Under the pieces are notes generated by a model that worked only from the letters and a program-made list of their open reading frames with translations, ran no database searches and had not been told where the DNA came from. Positions 39,602 to 48,915 of a DNA stretch of 64,000 bases are shown one piece after another. A program made the translations under genes and the position numbers. Every line of letters begins with the position of its first letter. Position 1 is the first letter of the stretch. Location of the stretch: assembly GCA_963713855.1 (NCBI GenBank), contig OY970209.1:1248001-1312000 (forward strand), written 5' to 3'. Origin of the DNA: an uncultured bacterium. Its GTDB lineage: Bacteria > Babelota > Babeliae > Babelales > Babelaceae.

Positions 39602-39759
39602 TACTTGTTCTCCTTGATTTTCGTTTTAAAAATCTAGCATAAGCTCCGCCGTTTTTACGATAGTTACCTTCAAAAAGCTCTTGACTTTAACACTTTTCAG
39701 TTGGATAGAATCATGCTGAACAAGGGATTTTTTGACCACACAAGAACCAAGGGGAATCC

Positions 39760-40674
39760 ATGAGCACATTGTACCTTACTCTCTTCCTAGTAATTGGTTC
39801 TTGTAATACTTTTTATTGCAAGGCAAATCCCGTGGTAGAAGCAGCAACATACGCTGCGGTCGGACACGGAGCTAATTATGCAAGTAACTGGCTAGCGCAT
39901 GGCATAACACGCTCTTTTCATTTACCGAGTGATATTCTCTACACGGTAATACAACGTAGTGGCAAATCGATTAACAATGTTGTTGTTCGACATCTTTACA
40001 ACATACTAATGCCAAATGTGCTCCCTTACACAATGATTTTTCCTGGAGATCCAAATGAAAATCTTGCAAGTACCTCCTACGAAGCTGGTCGTCAGGCTCT
40101 AATTTTATGGGAACTAGCATGTTTATGCGCTCTTTGGTATGAGGAATGGAAACAAACTAATTTTAATACGGATGAATATGAAACACATTTTCTGAGTCAA
40201 TTAAGGTTATTAGGTACTTCAGCACTTTTTCGGTCGCAACAATTCGTGATAGCGATCGCATACTTTATGGCAGGCTTACTTGTAGCTGGACTTGCCAAAA
40301 AAATAGGCGAAGCTTCTAGAAAAGCAACGGCCGCCCTTTTTCCACAAGGATCAGTTGTAGATCATAGACGAACTCCAAATGGCGCAGAAATATTTGTCGG
40401 CAAAGAACCAATCAAGAAGGTGTATGAAAGTACTTTTGGTATTCCGGTAGCTATGCTTTTAAAGCCGCTTGTGCTATATTATTTTAAGGAATTTCTTTCT
40501 CTTATAAAAGTCCATCAAAGCGAATCAACCGCCTTGTGGGAAAAATCATATGATGTTGGTGACAAGCTGCAATGGTCTTTAACAGGTTTAGAATACACAT
40601 TTAAAACCGGCTTTTGGCTTATAAGTGGTCACAGTTACGGCATGGTCGAGAAAAGTAAGCAAAAAATATCATGA
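39760..40674 (+). CDS. Hypothetical exported/membrane protein
   Basis: Signal-like N-terminus, hydrophobic segments; overlaps the next gene (ATGA). Confidence 0.65.
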   Translation: MSTLYLTLFLVIGSCNTFYCKANPVVEAATYAAVGHGANYASNWLAHGITRSFHLPSDILYTVIQRSGKSINNVVVRHLYNILMPNVLPYTMIFPGDPNENLASTSYEAGRQALILWELACLCALWYEEWKQTNFNTDEYETHFLSQLRLLGTSALFRSQQFVIAIAYFMAGLLVAGLAKKIGEASRKATAALFPQGSVVDHRRTPNGAEIFVGKEPIKKVYESTFGIPVAMLLKPLVLYYFKEFLSLIKVHQSESTALWEKSYDVGDKLQWSLTGLEYTFKTGFWLISGHSYGMVEKSKQKIS

Positions 40675-41906
40675 AACAAGCTCTAATGCTCTTAGCTTAT
40701 CGCTTTATTCGCAATACTCATCAAAAAAGTATTGCTATGATGACTATGATTGCATTTGTTAGTATCGTTTTAGCTTCAAGTGCTCTTTCGTTAGTAGCTG
40801 CTATTATGTCAGGATTTGAGCAAGAAACACGCGCTATCGTTCAAGGCATACATCCCGATTTAACCATTCAAGGGGGTGGGTTGCCGCTACGGTTAGATGC
40901 CATTAAAGAAGCTGTTCTTAATGCTTATCCTGCAGAGATCGCGGGCATAAGCCCTATGAGCCAAAACCACGTTCTAGTAAAAGCATCAGATCAAGAGGGA
41001 GTTGGAGTTTTAGGCGTTATGCTAGGCATAGATCCTGAGGCAGAAGCAACGGTCAGTAGGCTGCCTTTACTTGTTGAAAAGAGCACAAAAACCCTTTCTT
41101 TTAAAGACCTTTTTCAAGGTGAGCAGGTTGTCATAGGAAAAGCTTTGGCTGACTCACTTGGTGCATCAATAAGCTCTGAGATTACAGTGCTTTTTGTGCC
41201 CGAAAGCGAGGTAAACAGTAAAACGCAAATTTTTCTTGAACAAAAAAAAGTGAAAGTAGGTGGAGTCTTTAAAACGGGTATTGAAGACATTGATGCCCAC
41301 GTTCTTTTTGGCTCACTAGACCTTTTTAAAAATCTATTTCCTGAAAGCAGTATAACTGCAATCAACCTAAAACTAAACTCGCTTTCAAAGGAAGATACTC
41401 TCAAAACCGAGCTTAAAAAGTTTTTAGGACTAAGCGTTCTTTCATGGCAAGACCTATACCCAGCGCTCCTTTCAGCACTTACTCTTGAAAAATACGCAAG
41501 CATGCTTGTTCTTGCATTAATAGGACTTGTAGCTTGCGTTAATATTATGGCTCTTCTTTTTATGTACATTACCAACAAAAAAACGGAAATCGCTCTTTTA
41601 CGCACGTTTGGCGTTCGTGAGAACGAACTCATGGGACTTTTTGTAGGAATGGGCGGGGGTATCGGTTTTGCGGGATCTATATTAGGCGTTATGATAGCAT
41701 CCTTGATAAGCTTTCTTCTTAATGAGTATCAACTCATTAAACTACCAAGCGTCTATTATATCACACACGTTCCAGCGCATATGACCTTTTTAATCGGCAT
41801 ATGCGTCATTATACTGGTCACTGTTGCAAGTTGTATCGCTGCTTATATACCCGCCCGTACTTTACAGGGTATTGATGTGGCGAATCTTTTAAAACAAACC
41901 TATTAA
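40671..41906 (+). CDS. LolC/LolE-like (FtsX/MacB) ABC permease
   Basis: IMSGFE, GIDP..E, GVFKTG, W.DL...L..AL.LEK, EIALLRTFG, IPAR. Confidence 0.88.
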   Translation: MKQALMLLAYRFIRNTHQKSIAMMTMIAFVSIVLASSALSLVAAIMSGFEQETRAIVQGIHPDLTIQGGGLPLRLDAIKEAVLNAYPAEIAGISPMSQNHVLVKASDQEGVGVLGVMLGIDPEAEATVSRLPLLVEKSTKTLSFKDLFQGEQVVIGKALADSLGASISSEITVLFVPESEVNSKTQIFLEQKKVKVGGVFKTGIEDIDAHVLFGSLDLFKNLFPESSITAINLKLNSLSKEDTLKTELKKFLGLSVLSWQDLYPALLSALTLEKYASMLVLALIGLVACVNIMALLFMYITNKKTEIALLRTFGVRENELMGLFVGMGGGIGFAGSILGVMIASLISFLLNEYQLIKLPSVYYITHVPAHMTFLIGICVIILVTVASCIAAYIPARTLQGIDVANLLKQTY

Positions 41907-41965
41907 GAGGTCGCTGCTCCCATGCGCCAGATAAGCAGGGGAAAGCATGGAAGCAGCATTATACA

Positions 41966-42163
41966 TTATGAGCGATCATGGTGATAAGGAAACCACTTAG
42001 CCCCAGAAAAACCGCCATGTGGACGCTTCGAAGATCTCTTTTTGAGATTTCCATTTTCCTGAGACTTGCGATCAGCGCAAAATTGACAGAAAGCCTTTTG
42101 AGATTTTTTTGCTCGTATTTTGGCTTTGATATTTTTCATGTTTTCCCCCCTTAACTTACTCAT
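41966..42163 (-). CDS. Small basic hypothetical protein
   Basis: Short Lys/Arg-rich ORF with CxxC; GGGGG RBS-like run before internal Met. Confidence 0.35.
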   Translation of the reverse strand: MSKLRGENMKNIKAKIRAKKSQKAFCQFCADRKSQENGNLKKRSSKRPHGGFSGAKWFPYHHDRS

Positions 42164-42257
42164 TAAAATAAGTCTATATTATTTATGTTTGAAATTTCAA
42201 GAATTTTAATAAAAATATCTTGGGGATTTCTTTCTGAATTTGTTTGCCACGACCTTT

Positions 42258-43262
42258 TTATGGTGCGAAGCTTGTAGAAGCCATGAATCCACCATAGAGA
42301 AGGAGGCAAAAAAATAGCACGAATAGTGCACGCGATGCTATGGGATGTGCATGGGATGCATCGCGCAACATTAGTCTCGTTATAGAACCTATTGATGGCC
42401 TTAAGGTATCGTAGCCTGTTAGTGACAGACCCAATATGCTTAGTGATCTATGCCGTGCGGCAATGCCAAGGGAATCCCGCACCAGTTCGTGCAAAGACTC
42501 TGCCATCGCCGCGTTTCTAAGCTCGAAGTGATGCATAATAGCCCTAAAAACAGTGAGGTGATCGTTAAGAGCCGACAGGTTGAGCCCATCCCTCAAAACA
42601 CTTTCAGAAAGCCGTTGCCCATGATGCAGTAAAATAAGGGCGACTGCTTGAAAAGCCCCGTGCGCAGTTGCCAAGAGAAAGAAAAATTCGACGGGTGTTT
42701 TCTTGGATTCATTTTCTATTTCAACGAAAGTTTCCAAGAACTGGAAAAACTCAGGACTATTTTCATCCATGCTTAGCATTTGTGCATAATAGTGCCAATC
42801 GGGCTTTATGTGTTCTATATCGACACCCAATCTATATAAACAGAAAAGCGCTGAATGATTCTTGAATCTGTGCGCCATTTCTACAAGTTCCGCACCAAAT
42901 CGCTTAAGATCTAACACTTTATTAAAGACAAGCCAGCGTAAAGCTAGGTAAAAAGAAGACCAGTTGGGGTTTTTCATGAGAATTCTGAAAGATTTTTCTC
43001 GCAATCGAGCACCTCGCTTACAGAGGATCTCGAGTGCTTTAATATTACCTCCAACTAATGCACACTCAAAAAGCGTCATGCGCCGATGATCTGGTAAAAG
43101 ATACTCCTCAAACGAGAGGGGCAACTGTCCTAGCTGCGAAAGGATATAAGGATCGCCATTTAAAATGAGCATTGCCAAAATATCGTCATCCAAAGGGGCT
43201 TGCATGCAAGCTGTCAAGGAAAACACGCCAAGCAAACACAGTTCAAGTAACAAAGTACGCAT
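42258..43262 (-). CDS. Secreted degenerate ankyrin-like protein with C-terminal TM
   Basis: TLFECALVGGN...LCKRGA; FLLATAHG; similar to 16136-17221. Confidence 0.65.
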   Translation of the reverse strand: MRTLLLELCLLGVFSLTACMQAPLDDDILAMLILNGDPYILSQLGQLPLSFEEYLLPDHRRMTLFECALVGGNIKALEILCKRGARLREKSFRILMKNPNWSSFYLALRWLVFNKVLDLKRFGAELVEMAHRFKNHSALFCLYRLGVDIEHIKPDWHYYAQMLSMDENSPEFFQFLETFVEIENESKKTPVEFFFLLATAHGAFQAVALILLHHGQRLSESVLRDGLNLSALNDHLTVFRAIMHHFELRNAAMAESLHELVRDSLGIAARHRSLSILGLSLTGYDTLRPSIGSITRLMLRDASHAHPIASRALFVLFFCLLLYGGFMASTSFAP

Positions 43263-43321
43263 GCACTAACCTGAAAATGGTATTGAAAAAGATGGGTTCT
43301 AGGCCACCGTTTTTTCCAATT

Positions 43322-43849
43322 TTAGTTGAATGAGCAAAATCCCAAAAGATGGAGACCATTTTCAATGTGTTCTTTTAAGTGCGTTGCGTCTTCATCGCTT
43401 ACTTGATAAATAAGAATACCAAAATTATCGTGCTTTAGGGGCCAAACATAACAGTGGGGATTAGTAAAATCCAGATCCGAGATGAGTTCACGTACCATAT
43501 CTCTCTCTTGAGCACAAGCTTTTTTGTAACTTGAACCGCCCATACCCCGTACATGCTTATTAAAGTGACAACTATTTAAATGGCGATAAAATGTTTGTGG
43601 AAGGGCAATGTCTTCTGAAGCGGTGTGCTCGGATTGATCATAGCCGGCCACCCCCTGAAAGCAATTGAAATCAGGATTATCGACAAAATAAGCTGCTTTC
43701 TCGAGGTTGAAGCATGAATTATGCGATAATTCATGTAGAAGAAGCTCGCTCGTATGCTCTGCATCATATAAAGCTATAATTTTGCGTGGTAGCAAGGTAA
43801 GACGAGACAAGACATGGTGAGGAGTAGATGAGGTTGCGTGCGGCTTCAT
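43322..43849 (-). CDS. Hypothetical protein (possible GAF-like fold)
   Basis: GGGAG RBS; AAYFVDNPDF...QGVAG and ..WPL....FGILIY pattern. Confidence 0.6.
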   Translation of the reverse strand: MKPHATSSTPHHVLSRLTLLPRKIIALYDAEHTSELLLHELSHNSCFNLEKAAYFVDNPDFNCFQGVAGYDQSEHTASEDIALPQTFYRHLNSCHFNKHVRGMGGSSYKKACAQERDMVRELISDLDFTNPHCYVWPLKHDNFGILIYQVSDEDATHLKEHIENGLHLLGFCSFN

Positions 43850-44022
43850 GAAGGTCTCCCTTGTGGTTTAAAAGCGTCTTTAAAAGTAGCGTACTTACAA
43901 AAAAATGTATAACCCCTGGAATCAGATTAACAGATAGATTCATTAAAAATCAACTATTGCAAACATATGTCAACGCATGGTAACATTACGTTTATGCGCT
44001 TTTTTTTACTATAGGACACTCT

Positions 44023-45114
44023 ATGACGTTTGTATGGCAGCTTAAGGGAGTTGTCTTTTTAATTTCAATGGCCTTTTGTACTTTATCACTTACCCCAAGA
44101 ACCTGGCAACATAGAGCGGAAGATCCTAACGCACCCGAAGTAAAGACATGCTACGTAGATGACACTAAAGAATACTCGCTCAAAAGCTATGACTTCCAAC
44201 ATAGCACCCTCTTCGAACTTTTTGACCTTAAGCATTTTCAAGAAAACATGCTTCCTTCTGGCCCCATAACGCTTCGCTATAAACCGCAAGAAACTATCGA
44301 TGGCACACTTTTAAGTAAGCACGTTGAAGAATGTTATAAGCAGCTTTCAAAGCCAAGACGGTCAATTAGAAAGCTCAAAAACATGAAATTCCTCAAAAAA
44401 AACAATTTCAACTTCAAAAAAGCAAATGGTCTAGCCATCTTTAGGCTTACAAAACCCCCATTTGACAACTTTGTGGTAAAGCTTTTTATCGAAACACCAT
44501 GCGATCTTGTGCGTCCTTACAAAAAGGATCTTGAGCAAAATTGCCTTTTTGCCATGGGTGGCGGGATAAGTCGCTATTTGGTGGGCTTTACACGCATAAA
44601 GAACCTCCAGTACGCGCGCTCAAAGGTTGCTGCAAGCCCCTACTGGTCTACGCTTGTGGATTTTCCACGAAAATGGTTTTGGGTACCTCCAAGCTGCCGA
44701 TGGTTTACAGTTACGGGATATAATGTGGGAGGCAAAGCCGAACAGTCCATTAAGTTGCCTTCTGTCTATGCAGTCATCTGCGATGCTATTGAGTCAGATA
44801 GAGCGCTGTCAAAGGATGACCCGGACGAAGCGGCACTTGTCATCTCATTAGTACGCTATTTGGGGGAGCACATGGACCCAAATATACCCAATTATATGAT
44901 AGAAAAAAATACCGGCATTGTAGTTTGCTCTGATACTGAGCACTTTCCTAGCAATGTTGGATTGACCGCCCGCTTAGATTATGACAACCACAGGCAGTGG
45001 ATGTTTGAATTAATTAAAAAATATTTTAGAGACAATTTTTTCCGCACGAAGAATGAACGGCTTTCGATGAGGAATGGCAACGGCCAGCGCATTATGAAAT
45101 GCAATGATCGCTAG
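44023..45114 (+). CDS. Secreted hypothetical protein, possible divergent kinase-like fold
   Basis: Signal peptide; FVVKLF, DPNIPNYMI, VVCSDTEH. Confidence 0.55.
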   Translation: MTFVWQLKGVVFLISMAFCTLSLTPRTWQHRAEDPNAPEVKTCYVDDTKEYSLKSYDFQHSTLFELFDLKHFQENMLPSGPITLRYKPQETIDGTLLSKHVEECYKQLSKPRRSIRKLKNMKFLKKNNFNFKKANGLAIFRLTKPPFDNFVVKLFIETPCDLVRPYKKDLEQNCLFAMGGGISRYLVGFTRIKNLQYARSKVAASPYWSTLVDFPRKWFWVPPSCRWFTVTGYNVGGKAEQSIKLPSVYAVICDAIESDRALSKDDPDEAALVISLVRYLGEHMDPNIPNYMIEKNTGIVVCSDTEHFPSNVGLTARLDYDNHRQWMFELIKKYFRDNFFRTKNERLSMRNGNGQRIMKCNDR

Positions 45115-46463
45115 GCTCCTTTAAGTTGCTCTTCAATCGTTACAAGCAACGAAGCAAAGCTCTTGTCGCGATGCATGAGATCATCAACTTTAGCCACCCC
45201 GTGGATCACCGTAGAATGATCTTTACGATCAAGAAAAACTGCTATCTCCCGCAAGGACCTATCAGTCATCTTTTTCATAAGATACATGCTCACGTGGCGC
45301 GCTGAAGAAAGATCTTTACTTCTTTTGGCTGATTTTAGGTCTGTTACGGTGTAATTAAAGCAGCGAGCAACATGCTTTATAATGGTTGCTAAGTCTATAG
45401 ACGCTTGCTTAACTTCGCGTTTAAAACCTAGCACTTTATCGACAAGTTCTAAGGTAATACTTTGACCTGTAAAGGATGCAAATGCTAGAACACGAATCAA
45501 ACTACTTTCTAAGTCTCTAATGTTGGCAGCCATTTTGGAAGCAATGCTTACGGCAATGTCGTCATTGAGTACCATTTCGTGCAAAGCAGCTTTTTTATGA
45601 ACGATTGCAGCGCGAATATCTAAGGGCGCCGGCTGCAAGTCAGTCACAAGTCCCCCTTCTAAGCGAGACCGAATCCGTTCGGAAAAACCGGTAACATCGC
45701 TCGGTAGCACGTCGCACGTAAAGACTATTTGTTTTCGGGCTGCGTGAAGAGTATTAAAAATGTGAAAGAACATTTCTTGCGTCTGCTCTTTTCGTGAAAT
45801 GTACTGTATATCATCCATGAGAAGGACGTCAGCGCCTTTATAACGCGCTTCAAACTGAGAAATTCGATCAGTACGTATAGCTGAAACAAATTCGTTTACA
45901 AAACGATCAGCTGTTTGATAGATAACGGTTGCCCGCTTATCAAGCATTTTATATTGATTGCCAATAGCTTGAAGAAGATGCGTCTTGCCATAACCTGACG
46001 CACCCCAAATAAGAAGCGGATTGTAGAGAAGACCAGGCTTTTCGATAACAGCACGGGCTGCAGCATAAGCTAAAGAATTATGTGGACCTACAACAAACGA
46101 ATCAAACTTGTGCTGGGGCATAAGCGGCCCGCGACTGAGCACTGGCGGCCTTGGCCTATCTGTAGTTTTTTCAGGCTGCGGTGGAACTTTTGGTTGGTTA
46201 ATTGGCGCCGTATCTTCGCTGACAAATGTTATTCTAAGAGCCGTCTCATTAAGAAGTCTTCCGAGATGCTGACAAAACAGCGCGCGATAATGTGTTTCAA
46301 CCCACTCTTTAATAAATACGTTAGGAGCTTTAAGGTAGACAACCTTATCATGAGCATCCCAGCGTACAAGAGTGACAGCCTTAAACCATGTCTCAACAAC
46401 ACGGCTTCCAACTTCAACACAGACGATTTTAAGAAATTCTTGCCACAGTGTATCTAATACCAC
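45111..46463 (-). CDS. dnaA: Chromosomal replication initiator DnaA
   Basis: FDSFVVGPHN, YNPL, G..GYGKTHLL, DDIQ, QEMFFHIFN, RKDHSTVIHG. Confidence 0.97.
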   Translation of the reverse strand: MVLDTLWQEFLKIVCVEVGSRVVETWFKAVTLVRWDAHDKVVYLKAPNVFIKEWVETHYRALFCQHLGRLLNETALRITFVSEDTAPINQPKVPPQPEKTTDRPRPPVLSRGPLMPQHKFDSFVVGPHNSLAYAAARAVIEKPGLLYNPLLIWGASGYGKTHLLQAIGNQYKMLDKRATVIYQTADRFVNEFVSAIRTDRISQFEARYKGADVLLMDDIQYISRKEQTQEMFFHIFNTLHAARKQIVFTCDVLPSDVTGFSERIRSRLEGGLVTDLQPAPLDIRAAIVHKKAALHEMVLNDDIAVSIASKMAANIRDLESSLIRVLAFASFTGQSITLELVDKVLGFKREVKQASIDLATIIKHVARCFNYTVTDLKSAKRSKDLSSARHVSMYLMKKMTDRSLREIAVFLDRKDHSTVIHGVAKVDDLMHRDKSFASLLVTIEEQLKGA

Positions 46464-46565
46464 AGCTTCACACCCTCAAAGCCAACATCAGGCAATCATG
46501 TCTGTATTTTTTCCGTTCGTCGCCATTTTTTGTATAGACATAGTCTACAACAGAAAATAAAAAAA

Positions 46566-46642
46566 TGGTGCGCCCGACAGGAATTGAACCTGTGACCTGC
46601 AGATTAGGAATCTGCCGCTCTATCCGACTGAGCTACGGGCGC
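46566..46642 (-). tRNA. tRNA-Arg(CCT)
   Basis: GCGCCCGTAGCTCAGTCGGATAGAGCGGCAGATTCCTAATCTGCAGGTCACAGGTTCAATTCCTGTCGGGCGCACCA; cloverleaf with encoded CCA. Confidence 0.95.
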
Positions 46643-47275
46643 TCGACTTATTTAGTATAACGAAAGCTACTAAAATAACGAGCCCAAAACTCACACTTTT
46701 TTACGCAAAAAAAGCATTTTTAAAACCGAATTGAAAAGATTAAAACAGAACAAAAAAATGGCAAGAAAGAAACATTACGTTTCAGGCAAATTTAACTTAC
46801 AAGCATTGATAGTTAGCACTGTCAATCCTCGGCTTTGCAAGATGCGCAAAAAAGCACTCAAAATGCGTGAAGAATTAATTGGCTACTTCCCGTCAAGAAC
46901 CTGCCAAGAACTGTTCAAAGCATTTATTAATTCGATTATCTGACTGTGCAAGTCCAAATTATCCCCGGAAGTTCACCTTAACGAGCTCTTTTTGGTGAAT
47001 GCGTCATTGTATTTTCTTTAGTCCCCATCTATTGGCTTTTAAGACAAAACAAGCGTAGCTTGTCCGCTTAAATCTAACTCACGCACCTCAAAAAAAGTAG
47101 GTGCAGTACCCAATCGACAAACCCAGTGAGAGCAGACTACTTTGAAAATGTCTATTTGTCACAATAGGCGATGCTCTCGAGAAAATATTGTTGACATTTG
47201 ACAAACTAATGTGTTATTTATAAATATAAATTAAGTCGTGATTTGTAACTTAATATCTATATAAAAGGCAAGTTT

Positions 47276-47629
47276 ATGAAAACAATATCTATATCTCTTT
47301 TTGTTGTAGCTTTAAGTCTTAGCGGTGCTTATAGCTTTAGTGCGGGAGCTAGGCAACAAAGCAGTTCCATTGAAGAAGAAAAAGAAATGATTTGCAAACT
47401 TTATGATAAGCTTACCGATATGTTTATACAAAGTGCGTCGTCCGGGAACTCAGCAGATAGAATTAAGGTTGTTCACACCTACAATATACTTCGGATACTC
47501 TTGGGGGCGGCATCGACTCTACCTGAAAAAACAGAATCTTTTGACAAAATAGACAGAGCCTGGTTGAGCGAAGTGGAAAGCAATGCTGGATGTACTTGGT
47601 GGACCCGGCTCGTCAATTATTTAACGTGA
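47276..47629 (+). CDS. Small secreted hypothetical protein
   Basis: Signal peptide ending YSFS/AG; amphipathic WWTRLVNYLT C-terminus. Confidence 0.65.
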   Translation: MKTISISLFVVALSLSGAYSFSAGARQQSSSIEEEKEMICKLYDKLTDMFIQSASSGNSADRIKVVHTYNILRILLGAASTLPEKTESFDKIDRAWLSEVESNAGCTWWTRLVNYLT

Positions 47630-47682
47630 TCCACAAAAGCATAAATTCTCAAAATGGGCGTTATTAAAAGCTTAATCAAGTG

Positions 47683-47719
47683 CCAGCGGCATCAGTCGTA
47701 AAGATTATGGTGCCGCTGG
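47683..47719. other. GC-rich hairpin downstream of 47276-47629 (possible terminator)
   Basis: ccagcggcatca...tggtgccgctgg; no clear U-tract. Confidence 0.4.
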
Positions 47720-47868
47720 ATACTAATCTGAGTCACGCAAAACTGATACTAAATGGCTATGCGTAATAGTCTCCCTCTATTTCTACATCGAATGATTTTA
47801 AGCGCGTAAAGCGAAAGACTAGCATGTCCAAGCTTTTTTAAACTTCACCCTGGGAGAATGGCTTAACT

Positions 47869-47948
47869 AGCTTAATATCATCCGTCAATGGCATCTGATC
47901 AAGGTGCTTTAAAAAAAGATTTACGTCATCGCTCAATATGATAAATCC
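47869..47948 (-). pseudogene. Fragment of a duplicated htrA-like gene (matches 50433-50512)
   Basis: 80-bp ungapped near-identity including ggcatctgatcaaggtgctttaaaaaaagatttac. Confidence 0.85.
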
Positions 47949-48146
47949 GAAATTTTTTCTTTTGAGCCATACGCCGCCACACGTGTTAAGTTTTTTATTT
48001 TTTATAACGCACCTTGGTACATCGTGACAAGTTTTGATCTAATTGGCCATAAAACCCAAGGAGATCATTGCAGTCTGAAAATATAATATGTTATTTTGAA
48101 AATGAAGTATCACAATTATAATATTCTTAACCAAAAGGAACTTTCC

Positions 48147-48527
48147 ATGAACACAATGAAACTTATTGCCATGATTATTGGGGGAACGTTGCTTAGTATT
48201 TCTCAGAACACACTATCGACGGGAGACATTCATTTTTGGAATGAAAATGAGCATTTTCCCCTTACGGTAGAAGTTAGCTATAAACTGCCAGGTTGCCATG
48301 ATGATACCTTTACCGTGAAGCCAGGTAGTTGGCAGAAGCTCGAACGTCCCTATCTATCTTTAAAGGGTTGGTGCCCTATCGACAAGATTAACCTTAAACG
48401 AGAAGACATGCGGGGGGCAACTATCCTTGCAAAATCCTTATCATCCTTACCCCTAACCGAAGATATTGTATATATCTTTGGTGACGGGACTGTTGACATA
48501 AGACATATTAGGTCTGATGCTGATTAG
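48147..48527 (+). CDS. Small secreted beta-rich protein with two Cys
   Basis: AAGGA RBS; signal peptide; GC.DD.F.VKPG...WCPIDKI. Confidence 0.65.
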   Translation: MNTMKLIAMIIGGTLLSISQNTLSTGDIHFWNENEHFPLTVEVSYKLPGCHDDTFTVKPGSWQKLERPYLSLKGWCPIDKINLKREDMRGATILAKSLSSLPLTEDIVYIFGDGTVDIRHIRSDAD

Positions 48528-48572
48528 GCACCATTGATCGACTGAAGATATAAAAATAGGGGGGAACACTAG

Positions 48573-48655
48573 CTCTCCCCTTGCATTTACCAAAGCACCA
48601 GCAGAGCTTCCCGGATTTATGGGTGCGCTTATTTGAATAAAGTGTTTCCCAGAAA
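48573..48655 (-). pseudogene. Second fragment of a duplicated htrA-like gene (matches 50558-50640)
   Basis: Encodes SGKHFIQISAPINPGSSAGALVNARGE versus SGQHFIQISAPINPGSSGGPLVNAKGE in the intact gene. Confidence 0.85.
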
Positions 48656-48763
48656 AATGAAGATTGCCATTATGCATGATGATAAGGCAATACATGCCAC
48701 AACTTTTAAAACGCCATTGTGCTCATAAAGAACCTACAAAATCAAAAAAGAACATCTTGAATC

Positions 48764-48840
48764 TGGTGCGCCCGGCAGGACTTGAACCTGCAACCAACGG
48801 ATTCGAAGTCCGGTACTCTATCCAATTGAGCTACGGGCGC
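48764..48840 (-). tRNA. tRNA-Arg(TCG)
   Basis: GCGCCCGTAGCTCAATTGGATAGAGTACCGGACTTCGAATCCGTTGGTTGCAGGTTCAAGTCCTGCCGGGCGCACCA. Confidence 0.93.
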
Positions 48841-48915
48841 AGATAGAAAAGCTACCTTTAAATTGTATCAAAAAAGCAGAAAAAAGCGAGTTGGCAAAGC
48901 CTAAACGGAAATTCA

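Noticed and set aside
41914..41958. Hairpin ending GGAAGCAGC resembling SRP RNA domain IV
   Set aside because: Lacks the CAGG...GGAA tetraloop arrangement and long rod; more likely a terminator-type stem between convergent genes.
46566..48840. Prophage/ICE attL-attR defined by the two tRNA-Arg 3' ends
   Set aside because: Both are complete, different isoacceptors, and there is no integrase in the interval.
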